From: Flectonema sp. DT1601
Taxonomy: Eukaryota
NCBI GenBank assembly: GCA_964019425.1
Contig: OZ025805.1
Coordinates: 310,001 to 374,000, forward strand
Reading direction: 5' to 3'
DNA: 64,000 nucleotides
Positions 12,914-24,621 of this stretch are shown here, piece after piece. Under the pieces are notes generated by a model, which had not been told where the DNA came from, searched no databases, and saw nothing but the letters and a program-made list of their open reading frames with translations. Each line of letters opens with the position of its first letter. The stretch's first letter is position 1. The position numbers were made by a program, and so were the translations under genes.

Positions 12914-13819
12914 ATGCCCAAACGGACAAGTCTACCCCGCGCAACACCTCCGGTATTCATTCCTTCAAAAGAGAGATGTTGGAAAGTCCGAGGAACTATA
13001 ACGCTACTCGCATCTGAAGGAATAACTGCTACGGTGGTGGTGGAGCCATCGGAGTTTGATGACTATAAGAAATGGTTGGAGGGGAGTTCAATGAAATTAC
13101 TGCAGCTTCCGAAGTCTGGTATGGGTGTGAATTACTGCAGAAATCATATTCTGGACATAGCTGGAGATGGTTGGTTTTGGATTATCGACGACGATATTCA
13201 GTCGTTTCACACAAACGGAACAAACAGATCTGATCCAACGACAGCAATATCAGCAAAAGAAGTCTTAGAAACGGTTTATACTTTAGAACCGATAGTCAAA
13301 GATGAAAACGTTGCGTTAGTTGGAATAGAATATAAAGTCTTCTCTAACTCAAGAGGGAAACGAGCCCATGTCATCGGGGAATACCAACGCGACAGCTACG
13401 TAAATGTCTGTGCAGCTATAAATAGAGATCGGTTGCCAGAGGGAATTCGTTATCATTTTAACGTGAGAGAAGACTACGATTTGGCTTTACAAATTATCTA
13501 CAATGGGCTAAGCACGCTTCGAATTAAATGGTTGTCGTTTTCTGCTCCTGCTATGGGAACACTTGCAGGTGGAATGCAAAATTACTACTCAAATGAAAGG
13601 GCTTGCATCGCCCAAGCAACTGTCTTTGCTAGAAAATGGAGTGAAGTATCAGAGAGGGTGATGAAAGGACCAGAGGGGAATAAACGACCAGACGTTAGAG
13701 TGAAATGGGCTTCTCTTGACAAACTAATGCCAAAGCAGCGTCTTCACAATGAAATGTTGGAAAATGAGAAAGACAAGAGTAACAACGGGAATAAAAAACG
13801 ACAAAAAACAACGCCATAG
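12914..13819 (+). CDS. TET/JBP-associated (TAGT/GREB1-like, GT-A fold) glycosyltransferase, base J glucosyltransferase-like
   Basis: Motif order VFIPSKER ... RNHIL ... WIIDDDI (DxD) ... EDYDLALQ ... GG matches the TAGT/JGT-like family as I recall it; recognised by eye. Confidence 0.7.
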   Translation: MPKRTSLPRATPPVFIPSKERCWKVRGTITLLASEGITATVVVEPSEFDDYKKWLEGSSMKLLQLPKSGMGVNYCRNHILDIAGDGWFWIIDDDIQSFHTNGTNRSDPTTAISAKEVLETVYTLEPIVKDENVALVGIEYKVFSNSRGKRAHVIGEYQRDSYVNVCAAINRDRLPEGIRYHFNVREDYDLALQIIYNGLSTLRIKWLSFSAPAMGTLAGGMQNYYSNERACIAQATVFARKWSEVSERVMKGPEGNKRPDVRVKWASLDKLMPKQRLHNEMLENEKDKSNNGNKKRQKTTP

Positions 13820-14162
13820 ACCACGACGAACAATATTAAACACATGCTTTTTTTCAAAGCAAAACAACCAGTTTTTACAAAAAACTAATGCTGCAATGTA
13901 TCTTCTCTTTAAGTGTTTGTTGTTTCGTTAACTTAAACTGTTCTTTTTAGTAACAATTAGAGTAGAATTTTTTTTTTTTTTTTTTTTTTTTTTCCCCTTT
14001 TATGTATCACACTGTTAGTAACTCTTAATTTCTCAAACAACAGGAAGGGAAAAAAAAAAAAAACCCACAACGTTGACAAATTGTTTTCTTCGGTTTTTTT
14101 TATTATTTATTTTTTTTAATCTAATTCTCTCAGATCCCACCCACCAAACAAACGCAAAACTG

Positions 14163-17100
14163 ATGTCGGGATCACAAAAAAACAGATCCCACACAGGTCT
14201 GTTGTTAAAGAACCATTTCCTTTTAAAATCAAGGAAACCCTGCGTCTCTCTTTTCGAATGTTTATTTAGTGGAATATTCTGTTGTTTGTTAGTATTTGGT
14301 TGGAGTAGAAGTGATGACACGTCACACGGAGAAATGATTTATGCAGAGAACGATTTTTATAACATAACTGGATCGATGTGCTTATCGAATTGTAGCGTTC
14401 TGAGTCCAGATCAATGGTGTTATAGACCCGCTGATAGGATGCCTAAATTACCAGCAGGAACACTGGAGTATTGCTCTGATGAGTTGTCGTTGTTGTGCGG
14501 ATGTAATAGCCCTGAAATGTACTATCCCTGGGGAGGACACGCTATACCGATTTGCCCGGTTGTAAAAGGAATACCAAAACCAGAAGCACCGGTAGATCCC
14601 ACACCCATGGATCCGTCATTGTCACCTCAAGAAAAAGACATCTATGAAAAACTGATTGACTACGCTGAGGTAATTACAATGATGTTGAGGCCGACGTCAA
14701 TTCCATCGATTGATTCTCTGCTGTCACTGAAGGGATTGGGATATTCACCTCCGTATAACTCTTTAGAGTATAGAGGTGTTTTAGGTTTTGTGCCATCATC
14801 AAACACCAAACTAAACTGTACAGACATGCAACACTTATCGGGAGGTTATTTTGAAAACTATGTTCGTCAAAACATACTTCAAAGAGAGGGGATTACGCCT
14901 CCTTGGCCTCGTCCTGATCAAGAATACCCAGGGTGTCCACGTGTTTGGAAAGATGAGGAAACATTTGTGAAAAGTATGGAATCTGAATGGAGAGAAATTT
15001 GGGCATTAGTTTTAATACATGAAATTGATTGGGATAAAAAACATTTTGATCTTACAATAAGAATGCAATCAGGTGCCTTACCGTGGACTTTCAGTAGCTA
15101 TGATCTTTTTCATACTCAAGGACCATGGCCTTGGGAGCAGTACGTGACTTCCGGATTCGTAAGTTTGCAACATTTTCTATTTACGTATTTTAAGGAAAGG
15201 CCGCCTAATGAGACCTGGATTCATCATGAAAACCATAGCCACCATTGGTTTAATTTAGAAAGGGATTTATCGTCCGATACGGTGATCATGCCATTGGCAT
15301 CACCTGCTTATAAAAGTAACGATTTCTTAGATCAATCAGCCTCTATGTTTCCTCTAATCATGTGTATTTCATTCATCTTTTTCATAGCAGCATTGTGTGC
15401 AGCTGTCGTTGATGAGAAAGAATCAAAAGTAAAACAATCTCAGCTAATAATGGGTCTCTCATTGAATTCTTATTACTTATCACTACTAATATTAGTCTTA
15501 GTTATGTCATTCATAGGATCAGCGGTGTCAACTGCCATCCTCGGAGCAACAATTTTCGTCAACACTCCGATCCCGTTGTTGTTTTTAGTAATATTCTTGT
15601 ATGCAGTCTCCATCGGGGGATTAGCTCTATTATGCAGTTCGTTCCTGTCGAAAACTAGATTGGCTGCTGTCGTTGCTCCAGTTGCTTTGCTTATTTTCGT
15701 GGTACCTAAATATACTCTACCATCAAACTTATCAATGAGTACGAGACATCTTCTGAGTCTGTTATCTGGATGTGCGTTTTCTGAGACTCTGACAACAATA
15801 CTGACATACGAACAGGGGTTTATTACCCTTCGTTGGAGTGATTTATTTGTTGATGAGTTTTCGATCGCTTTGGGATTGATGTTTCTCGTAGTTGATTCGG
15901 TTTTGTATCTACTCCTAGCGTGGTATCTTGATCAGGTTATACCTTCTCAATGGGGAAGGTCGAAACCGATGTTGTTTTTTTTACCTAAAATATTATCATC
16001 ACATAATAAGAAGAGATGTACAAATCCAGAAATATCTGAGACGGCGTTAGAACCTGGAGCGTATATTGGAGATGATGGCAGCGGTTCAGAAACTTCAATT
16101 GAACCTCCGTCAACATCGCAATGTGTTAAGATTAACAACATTGTTAAACAATATCCTGGATTACCAGTTCCAGCTGTAAATGGAATAGATCTAACCCTCA
16201 AAGAGGGTGAAATAACTGTTCTTCTTGGGCACAATGGTGCAGGTAAGACTACTTTGATTGACTGTTTGATTGGAATGCAAATTCCGACATCAGGAGACGC
16301 TCTCATTTACGGCAAAAGCATCTCCCGAGACAACAGTTCAGTGAGAAAGTTGATCGGATACTGTCCTCAGCATAATATTTTATGGCCGAAACTGACTTGC
16401 ATGGAGCACATTCTTCACTTTTCTCTGTTGAAACATCCTTGCAAAGCCACTGCTATCAAACAAGCTGAGAGCATGCTTGGAATGGTCGGGTTAACTGAAA
16501 AGAGAGATACCCAAACTGGAAAACTTTCTGGAGGTCAAAAACGAAAATTATCGATCATCCTGGCTTTTTGTGGAGATGCTAAATTCGTTGTTTTGGACGA
16601 ACCTACTGCAGGTGTTGACGTCAAGTCAAGACGAGCGATATGGGATCTTCTTAAAAACAAAGAATTGACTCAAAACAGGGTCGTCCTTCTAACGACTCAC
16701 TACATGGATGAAGCTGATCATTTGGGGATGAAAGTTGCAATTATGAGTCATGGCAAACTATACTGTCATGGTACTCCGTTGTATTTGAGAAACAATTTCG
16801 GTGGTTATATATTAACTGTGACTACTACTGAGGAAAACAATTCTCAAGAACTCCTTGAAACTGTTCAAGGATGCGCAGATTTATCATCTCGGATATTGTC
16901 AGAAGCTGCGAGTGAATTGAGAATACATCTTCCAACTCAATCGGTTTCGAAAGACGTTTGTTTTCCACCTCTATTTTCTAAACTCGATTCATTAATAACA
17001 TCAAATGTCATAAGAGGCTATGGGATCTCACTAACAACACTCGAGGATGTATTTATTAAGATTGCTGAGGAGGGTGACGTTGATCTGAATTCCAGAATGG

Positions 17101-19913
17101 ATTTGATCCCGACGTTGTCTTTCGTCGATAAAGTAAAAAACAAATTTTCGTTTTTTTTTAAAAAAAAAACGATAGTCGTGAAACAACAACAGTCTGAAAG
17201 TGTAAATCTTATAAACGATGATTACGTCGAGTCTCCTTCCGATGATGATAACGAAAACAACGAAAACAACGACAGCGGAGTATCAGAACCTGCCATTCAA
17301 GTCATCGAAAGCGACAGAGAAAGTGTAATAGAATCCATTGAAGACTCAATGCAAACAATTGTAAACACAGAAAACCAACAATGCGACATAAACAATAATT
17401 CTCTTTCTGAAGCCCTCATTGATCAAACATCTGTAGTAGACGGTCACAATGATATTACTGTTGATGTTGTTGATGATGATGTTGTCGTTGAAGAAGAAAA
17501 AAAAGTTAGATCGAAATTCATCAGGTATCCGAGACAGTTTTATGCGACGTTCATGAAGAGATGTCACTTTGCGAGAAGAGATCACAAAACTCTGATATTT
17601 CAATTATTGTTACCGATGGTGTTCCTCGGAGTCACGCTTCTGATTGAATCCATCGGTGCACCTGCTGCTCCTGACATCATCATGGACAGCGATCTATACA
17701 AAGGTACTAAGATGTATGTGAATGACGAAGAGTGGAAAATTCTAATGGAAGAAACCCAACCTGGATTCGAAATAATAAACTGCAACACATCGTGTAAAAC
17801 ATCGATTGAAATGAGTAATTATATCTTAACACATGACAGTAAGGATACTTCTGTTGGTTTTGTTTTCGACGATCACTTGGAATCAGTAGAACATCAGAAC
17901 GGGGTCACACCATCTAAACCATACGTCAGCATCCTTCATAACGGTAAGAAGCTTCATTCTCTTCCAGTTGGAGTCGCGGCATATCAAAATTCACTGTTGA
18001 GGAATATAACAGGCACAGATTCTTATATTAAATTACATAATCATCCATTTTCAAGCCATCACATTCAAAAAACCTACAACAAAGTAAAGAATGTCTTGAC
18101 TGCTGTATTTGTTACGACTCCGTTTTTGTTAACTCCGGCTCATTTTTGTGCTTTTATCGTGAGGGAGAGAGAGATTAAAGCTCTACACATCCAGAGAGTG
18201 TCAGGGTTATCAATGCCGGTGTACTGGCTTGCAAACTTCGCTTTCGATGTACTACTGCAGATAGTAACGTGTGGAGTGGCAGTTGGAATATTTTACGCTG
18301 CCGGGTCGTTTTATGTTCATGGTAACGTCATCGCTGTTTTGGTAACTCTCTTGAGTACGTATTCAGCGGCTATAGTACCATTCAGTTATGTTACTACTCT
18401 GAGAGTGAAGACTGGAAGTTTTGCTCAGAGTCTGGTAATGAGTTTAAATTTTGGTTTTGGATTCGTTTTGTTGATTTTATCATCGGTGCTTGACGCTCTT
18501 CCTAACACGAAATCGCTGAATAGAAGTCTGAGACACGTTTATCAAATTCATCCTGCTTTTTGTTTGGGTCATGGACTATTGAAAATCGCTACTCGATATG
18601 AAAGATTTCATCCAACATCAAGAGCCTTCAAATCGTACTACGTCGGAAACGACATAATGATGTTGTCGATATCAGGTCCTACAGCGTTGTTGTTGCTGCT
18701 TGTCTTCAGTGCGATTGGTTGGGATCGAACTGTTTCGTTTTTTAAACGTCCGTTTAAGTTCATTTCAAAGTGTTGTGTTAAAATATCACGCAACAGGTCG
18801 TCCAGTTGTATTTCACAAACATCTGTTTATACTCAACTTGATAACGACGGTGGTGATACAACATCTGAAGAACCTGTGAGAAGTAATTTTCATTCAGCAG
18901 TTGAGGCCGAGCACCAAGACATCCTCAACAACCCAAACAGACTTTCAGACCGAGTCAGAGTCGTCGACTTGTCGAAGAGGTATTCCGGAACAAAAAAACA
19001 CGCGGTCAAAGATGTTACTTTTGGTGTTAAAAAAGGTGAAGTTTTCGCTATTTTGGGTGGAAATGGCGCTGGAAAAACCAGCACCCTATCAATGATTACG
19101 GGTGACTTTGCTCCGACAAGTGGATCTGTTCATGTGAATGGAACTTTTGGTTTGTGTCCTCAACATGATTGCTGCATCGAAAACTTATCAGTGGAAGAAC
19201 ACTTACAGTTGTATGCAAGAATTCGTGATGAGAAGTTAGTGTCCATCGAAGAGAAGATTAAGGTAATGGGACTGCAGAAGTTCAGAAAAAAACTTTTCAA
19301 GAATCTCTCAGGTGGAAATAAACGAAAACTTGGAGTCTCAGTTGCAATGATGGGAGACTCTGATATTCTTGTTCTTGATGAGCCGTCAGCCGGAATCGAT
19401 CCCGTGGCTCGGAAAAGTCTTTGGTCGGCACTCACGAGTGAGGTGGGTAACATTCAAAGAAGTATTATTCTAACGACGCATCATTTGGAAGAAATAGAAG
19501 GCTTGTCGGGGAAGAATCACCGAATTACGGTGCTTCACGGTGGTCAAATGCTATGTCTTGGTACCCTACAACAGCTAAAGAGTGATTTGGGACTGAACTA
19601 TGAGTTGTCGGCAACGGTTAACGACGCAGACCGACTTCCTGATGTGGAAGAGTTTTTAAAAGAATCGTTTCCCGGAACGGTCTTGCATGAGGTCATAAGG
19701 GGATCGGTTAAGTTTTTAATACCAAAGGAAGCTACGGCATCTGTTGGAGATGTTTTCTTAAAACTGGAGAACTCTGATTTACGTAAGAAATCAATCATTA
19801 CGGACTACTCTGTGTCTGACACCAGTTTAGATACCATTATACTCCAACTAACTGAAAACGCCACTGATGGTTTAGGCGATGGCGACGACTTAGAGGCTCG
19901 TCTTGCTGAATAG
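14163..19913 (+). CDS. ABCA: ABC transporter subfamily A, full-size (TMD-NBD-TMD-NBD)
   Basis: Two NBDs: Walker A GHNGAGKT and GGNGAGKT, signatures LSGGQKRKL and LSGGNKRKL, Walker B LDEP, and H-loops TTHY/TTHH. It also has large exocytoplasmic loops and the TLEDVF motif typical of ABCA. The first ATG is at 14163. Confidence 0.95.
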   Translation: MSGSQKNRSHTGLLLKNHFLLKSRKPCVSLFECLFSGIFCCLLVFGWSRSDDTSHGEMIYAENDFYNITGSMCLSNCSVLSPDQWCYRPADRMPKLPAGTLEYCSDELSLLCGCNSPEMYYPWGGHAIPICPVVKGIPKPEAPVDPTPMDPSLSPQEKDIYEKLIDYAEVITMMLRPTSIPSIDSLLSLKGLGYSPPYNSLEYRGVLGFVPSSNTKLNCTDMQHLSGGYFENYVRQNILQREGITPPWPRPDQEYPGCPRVWKDEETFVKSMESEWREIWALVLIHEIDWDKKHFDLTIRMQSGALPWTFSSYDLFHTQGPWPWEQYVTSGFVSLQHFLFTYFKERPPNETWIHHENHSHHWFNLERDLSSDTVIMPLASPAYKSNDFLDQSASMFPLIMCISFIFFIAALCAAVVDEKESKVKQSQLIMGLSLNSYYLSLLILVLVMSFIGSAVSTAILGATIFVNTPIPLLFLVIFLYAVSIGGLALLCSSFLSKTRLAAVVAPVALLIFVVPKYTLPSNLSMSTRHLLSLLSGCAFSETLTTILTYEQGFITLRWSDLFVDEFSIALGLMFLVVDSVLYLLLAWYLDQVIPSQWGRSKPMLFFLPKILSSHNKKRCTNPEISETALEPGAYIGDDGSGSETSIEPPSTSQCVKINNIVKQYPGLPVPAVNGIDLTLKEGEITVLLGHNGAGKTTLIDCLIGMQIPTSGDALIYGKSISRDNSSVRKLIGYCPQHNILWPKLTCMEHILHFSLLKHPCKATAIKQAESMLGMVGLTEKRDTQTGKLSGGQKRKLSIILAFCGDAKFVVLDEPTAGVDVKSRRAIWDLLKNKELTQNRVVLLTTHYMDEADHLGMKVAIMSHGKLYCHGTPLYLRNNFGGYILTVTTTEENNSQELLETVQGCADLSSRILSEAASELRIHLPTQSVSKDVCFPPLFSKLDSLITSNVIRGYGISLTTLEDVFIKIAEEGDVDLNSRMDLIPTLSFVDKVKNKFSFFFKKKTIVVKQQQSESVNLINDDYVESPSDDDNENNENNDSGVSEPAIQVIESDRESVIESIEDSMQTIVNTENQQCDINNNSLSEALIDQTSVVDGHNDITVDVVDDDVVVEEEKKVRSKFIRYPRQFYATFMKRCHFARRDHKTLIFQLLLPMVFLGVTLLIESIGAPAAPDIIMDSDLYKGTKMYVNDEEWKILMEETQPGFEIINCNTSCKTSIEMSNYILTHDSKDTSVGFVFDDHLESVEHQNGVTPSKPYVSILHNGKKLHSLPVGVAAYQNSLLRNITGTDSYIKLHNHPFSSHHIQKTYNKVKNVLTAVFVTTPFLLTPAHFCAFIVREREIKALHIQRVSGLSMPVYWLANFAFDVLLQIVTCGVAVGIFYAAGSFYVHGNVIAVLVTLLSTYSAAIVPFSYVTTLRVKTGSFAQSLVMSLNFGFGFVLLILSSVLDALPNTKSLNRSLRHVYQIHPAFCLGHGLLKIATRYERFHPTSRAFKSYYVGNDIMMLSISGPTALLLLLVFSAIGWDRTVSFFKRPFKFISKCCVKISRNRSSSCISQTSVYTQLDNDGGDTTSEEPVRSNFHSAVEAEHQDILNNPNRLSDRVRVVDLSKRYSGTKKHAVKDVTFGVKKGEVFAILGGNGAGKTSTLSMITGDFAPTSGSVHVNGTFGLCPQHDCCIENLSVEEHLQLYARIRDEKLVSIEEKIKVMGLQKFRKKLFKNLSGGNKRKLGVSVAMMGDSDILVLDEPSAGIDPVARKSLWSALTSEVGNIQRSIILTTHHLEEIEGLSGKNHRITVLHGGQMLCLGTLQQLKSDLGLNYELSATVNDADRLPDVEEFLKESFPGTVLHEVIRGSVKFLIPKEATASVGDVFLKLENSDLRKKSIITDYSVSDTSLDTIILQLTENATDGLGDGDDLEARLAE

Positions 19914-21702
19914 CTCGTTTGATTTTGCCTTTGTTGGCAAAATTTTTCCTTTTTTTTTTTTTTCTTTCTTTCTTTCTTCCACATAATATTTTTTTTTTTT
20001 TTTGTCACTTAAAATTACTTTTCGTATTGATCAATTCAGAGAGGGTTGGTTGTTACTTTAGTATTGCTGTGCTTCGATAATATATTTTTTTTATTTTTAT
20101 TTTTTTTTTTTTTCAAGTGTGGAGATGTATTTTATTCTTTTTTTTTGTTTTAACAATACAAAAAAAAAAAAAAAAAAAAGATTATTCTCCACACAGTTAA
20201 AAAAAATATCTTTTGAGTGAAGTTTTTTTTTTTTTTTTTTGTTTTTTGTTTTTTGTTTCCCCGTCTTCGCATTCATCCTTTTGGCAGGGGAAGAAAAAAA
20301 GGAAAAAAAAAAAAAAACAGGGGGGAAAACTATTATTGTTTTTTCTCGCTGAGGATTCACTATGTTGGGTAGGGTTTGTTTCTTTTATTTTATTTAAGAT
20401 CTCGTTTCAATTCTTTCCTCCAGGTCAGTGTTTTACATACAATCATTGATTAACATTATTATTTTATTTTTTTATATTCCTTGAAGACAAATTGTTTACC
20501 ATTAGAATCTGCCTATGAGGTAAAACCATTCAGATAAGCAGCCTCATATATTTTGTTGATCGCAGATAGTTTTACTGGCGCACAGGGAAATAGATAACAT
20601 GACATAATAAATAACGGCTCTTAATCTGAATAGTTTCTTCTCCGACTTCGTCGGTGCAAAAAAAAAGCAGTAAAAAAAAGGAGAGACACGATCTCTTTTT
20701 TTTTTTTTTTAATTTTTCATTCAGCAAAAGAGAATTGTGGCAGCGTAATGTCAGCATGTAGGCTTGTTTCTGGTTGCGCGCGCAAACAATAAATGTTCTG
20801 TCCGTCTTCTCTCTTTTTTTTTTCTTCTTTTCCCCTTGAGCTTAAGAATGCAGTATCAAGTTACTCCCCTTAAATTATTACTATTGTGGGTTTCCGTTTT
20901 ACTACAGAAAAATGGATCCTCCTCAAGTCACAAATCTGATTAATTTTTTTTTTTTTTTTGAATGCCTAAGAGCCTTAAATATATTGCAAAAGAAGAAAAA
21001 AAAAAAAAAAAAACCATTCAGATATATAGCCTTACAGCCTTATATTTTGTTGATCGCAGCTAGTTTTACTGGCGCACAGGGAAATAGATAACATGACATA
21101 ATAAATAACGGCTCTTAATCTGAATAGTTTCTTCTCCGACTTCGTCGGTGCAAAAAGAAAACTCTGTTGGAGGGGGGCAGAATTTTTTTTTTTTTTTTTT
21201 TTTATGGTTTAGCCAAAGTTCTGTTGCTTGAGAACTCTCTCTTCCTCGATGGTGGTTTTTCATTCTTTCTTCATTTTGAGTGAAATACACCTCTTTGGTT
21301 GTGGGGAGGACTTTTTGTTTATTGGAATTTGCGATCCCTTTTGTTCCTTATTGTTGGTTGTAGGCATGTGCCTGCTAAAGTGAAAAAAAAAAAAAAAAAT
21401 AGAACATTTTTCAGAAATATTTTGTGTAACTGAAAAATTTCTGTTTTGAAATTTCTAAAAAAATTTAAAAAAAAAAACATCTCAACTTTTCAGCTGTTTT
21501 TCTTTTTTTGACAGCCCCATTTCGATTCAACAATTCAGGCTCGCTAACTAATTTATCTTATTTTATGTTATTATTCGCTCAAGTGTTATTACCATATGTT
21601 TCTCACTTCCGGTTTCTTATTAGTAGTGTAAGCTGAAACGGTTGCTGAAATATTATGGTTTTTAGTGTTTCTATTAATAGAACGAACTCTCTTCGATGGA
21701 AG

Positions 21703-21734
<32 letters not shown>

Positions 21735-22261
21735 ATAAGCTTCCGTTTTCTGCTTCCTGCATCATTTTTTTTAAAAATAAAAATAATAATAATAATATTA
21801 AATGTGTGAGAATCTCTTGTTTTTGATACCCCGATTGTTTCTTTCTTTCTATTTTCTAATTTTCTAATTTTCTAATTTTTTTTTTTTTTTTTTTCTTCTT
21901 CCCCCACTCTTTTTTTTCTCTTATTCTGTCTGAAACTACAATCTTCGCGATTGGGTCCTTACTGATGCGGGCTACCCAGACCCCTCGTAGTCATCAGTTT
22001 GTATTTTGATAACTAACTGACTCTCCGAAAAAGTTACGGATAGAGAAACGAGTCGTGCTAATTACCTTTTTTTTTTTTTTATTTTTTTTAAAATATAAAT
22101 GAAACCGCGGAGAAGGCAGCAGCGTAATATCGACGTAGTAGTCAATGTCACTTCCTTATTTTGTTGGGTTCTTTATTTCTTTTTTTTTTCTTGTTTGTTT
22201 TTGTTTGTTTATTTTAAAAAGAACATATCGTCACGCTGTCCTCCTCTCTTTGTAAAAAAGA

Positions 22262-22293
<32 letters not shown>

Positions 22294-24621
22294 CCATTTT
22301 CGGATTACCTTTCGCAACACAGACAGAATCCTGTCGCCCCGAGGATGGGAGGGGGGGGGGAGAAAATAAATCATGATCACAATGAATAACGGCTTTTCAA
22401 TCTACAGTAGTTTCTTCTCCTTAAGGGGGACAAAAAAAAAAAAAAAAAAATCATTCTGCAATGTTTTTTTTCTTTTCTTTTTTTTTTTTTCCTATCTTCC
22501 GACGATCTCGTTATTATTTATTTTCTTTAGTTGTTTACAACCTGTTAGCCTCTGGGCAAGGTGGAGGCTGGAAGTCGATCACTTCCAGCCAATACTATGA
22601 AACTACAATCTTCGCGATTGGGTCCTTACTGATGCGGGCTACCCAGACCCCTCGTAGTCATCAGTTTGTATTTTGCTAACTAAACTAAACTTATTATCAT
22701 CTGGCTCCCTTTTCTCTATTTTTCGAACTCGATATATTCATCTGTTTTGATTCCACACAAATCATAGAACAGCTTTCTTCTTATGCCCATACTGAAAGAC
22801 TTATCATCGGCAAATGTTGTGATATTCTCTCCGCCTATTCGGTCTTCTGTCTCAATAGCCTGACTGATTGACTTCCTTCTCTTGTTACTTTTTAAAGAAA
22901 AGAAATAAAGAAATACCTGAGTCGAGCCCATCCAGTAGTTTTTGTCAAAAGCATTTTTTTTTTATAATAAAAATAATCAAAACTAATTTATCCCAACTTT
23001 CTTTATTTTTTGTAAATGAAATGCTTTTTAGTTTATAGTACATGCTACATGTTTTTTTTTTTTTTTTTTTTTCTCCCCTAAAGAGATGTTATGTTAATGA
23101 AACAATACGTGGATGTGTATTTTATGTACAAAATAAAACAACTAACCCCCCTAAAGACCTACACTCTGCCGTACTACATTATACCCTGGTTTTGATTTCC
23201 CAAGGCTCACGATTAATTCAAAATTGAATAACTCGATTCCGTACTGCACTGAATGACAACACGGAAAAAGAGACATGTATGCAAATAAGTTAGAAACATT
23301 GATTATAATGTAGAGCAAGTACGTCAATTACAGAGTGTTAGCCTGTATTAACATTTTAAGTCACTTGTGTCATGAGTTTTTTAATTTTATTATTGAGTTC
23401 TGATACAATACAAGAGAGATTTATATTCGTATGAACCTAATCAAAAACAGTCTTCCCCCCCTAAAGAGATGTTATGTTTATGATACAATATGTACGAAAA
23501 CAACTAACCCCCCTAAAGAGCTCTCTATGGAATACGTAGTCCCTGAATTACCAGATTCGACAACGTTTTCTGGTTCAATGAGATAATTCTTTTCCCCTCC
23601 TCCTTTTTTTAGTAGAAGGTTTTTAATTACCCTTAATAGTTGGTACTGTTTCTTTTTTTTACATTGTCAAAAGTTTCACCCTAAAGAGAGTTCTATGGAT
23701 GGCTTTTTGATGGGTCGGTCCAAGTGGTATCATTCTCGCTGCGTGACACCTGCTTCTTACTTCCATGAGGCTGCTGTTTTTTTTTCTTTTTTCTTTTTTT
23801 TTTTTTAAACGCAGTTGTCCTCCTGACCTATGACTTTGCTAATTTTTTTTTTTTTTTTAAAAAAAATATTCTCTTTAATTTTTTTTCTTCTTTCTTTTTC
23901 TCGTCTTTTTTTGAATAAGGCAACCTTGGCTTCTCCTCCTCACTAATTTATTTATTTATTTATTTATTATTTCATTGTTCTTCTTTCCCCCTTTTTTTTT
24001 AAAAAAAAAGTTAAGTGTCCCTGACTATGTTATAGCAAATCTTTTCTTTCACACAAAAAATATTATTTTATAACAAATTTTTGTATGAATTTTTTTTTTT
24101 TTTTTTTTTTTTGCACACAGAACCTGAGGAACAAAAAGAGACAAAACCGACGTCTCATTTTTTGTTTTTTAAAAAATTCTTTTTTTTAAAAAACCTTAAA
24201 ATTAATGGCTGTTATGACTTGACTAAAAGTAAGAAAAAGGGGGAATAGGGGAGAGGCTATGATTATTAACATACTTCACTTTATGCAGATTAATTACGAA
24301 TTTTTAGCTTCTTCTCTCTGATGAAAATACTTAGTGTCGCCTGATTCACTTTTTTTTTTTTTTTTTTTTCTTTTCCCCCAGGCAGTACTCAAAACAATGC
24401 GGGTTGTCATGTGCAAGTGAAGGTCAAGGAAGGGACCTTTCAATCACTTTCCTACTATGGGATGTCTTGCTCTGTCCTTGACAGATGTTTGTATTCGGTG
24501 AGCTAATGCTTTTGGTTTGATTGTGATCCATAGGATGTAAATTCATCACATTTTTTTTTTCAGAGAGAGAGGGGAAGAAAAAAAAAGAAAAAAAAAAAAA
24601 AAAAAAACAACACCATAAAAG

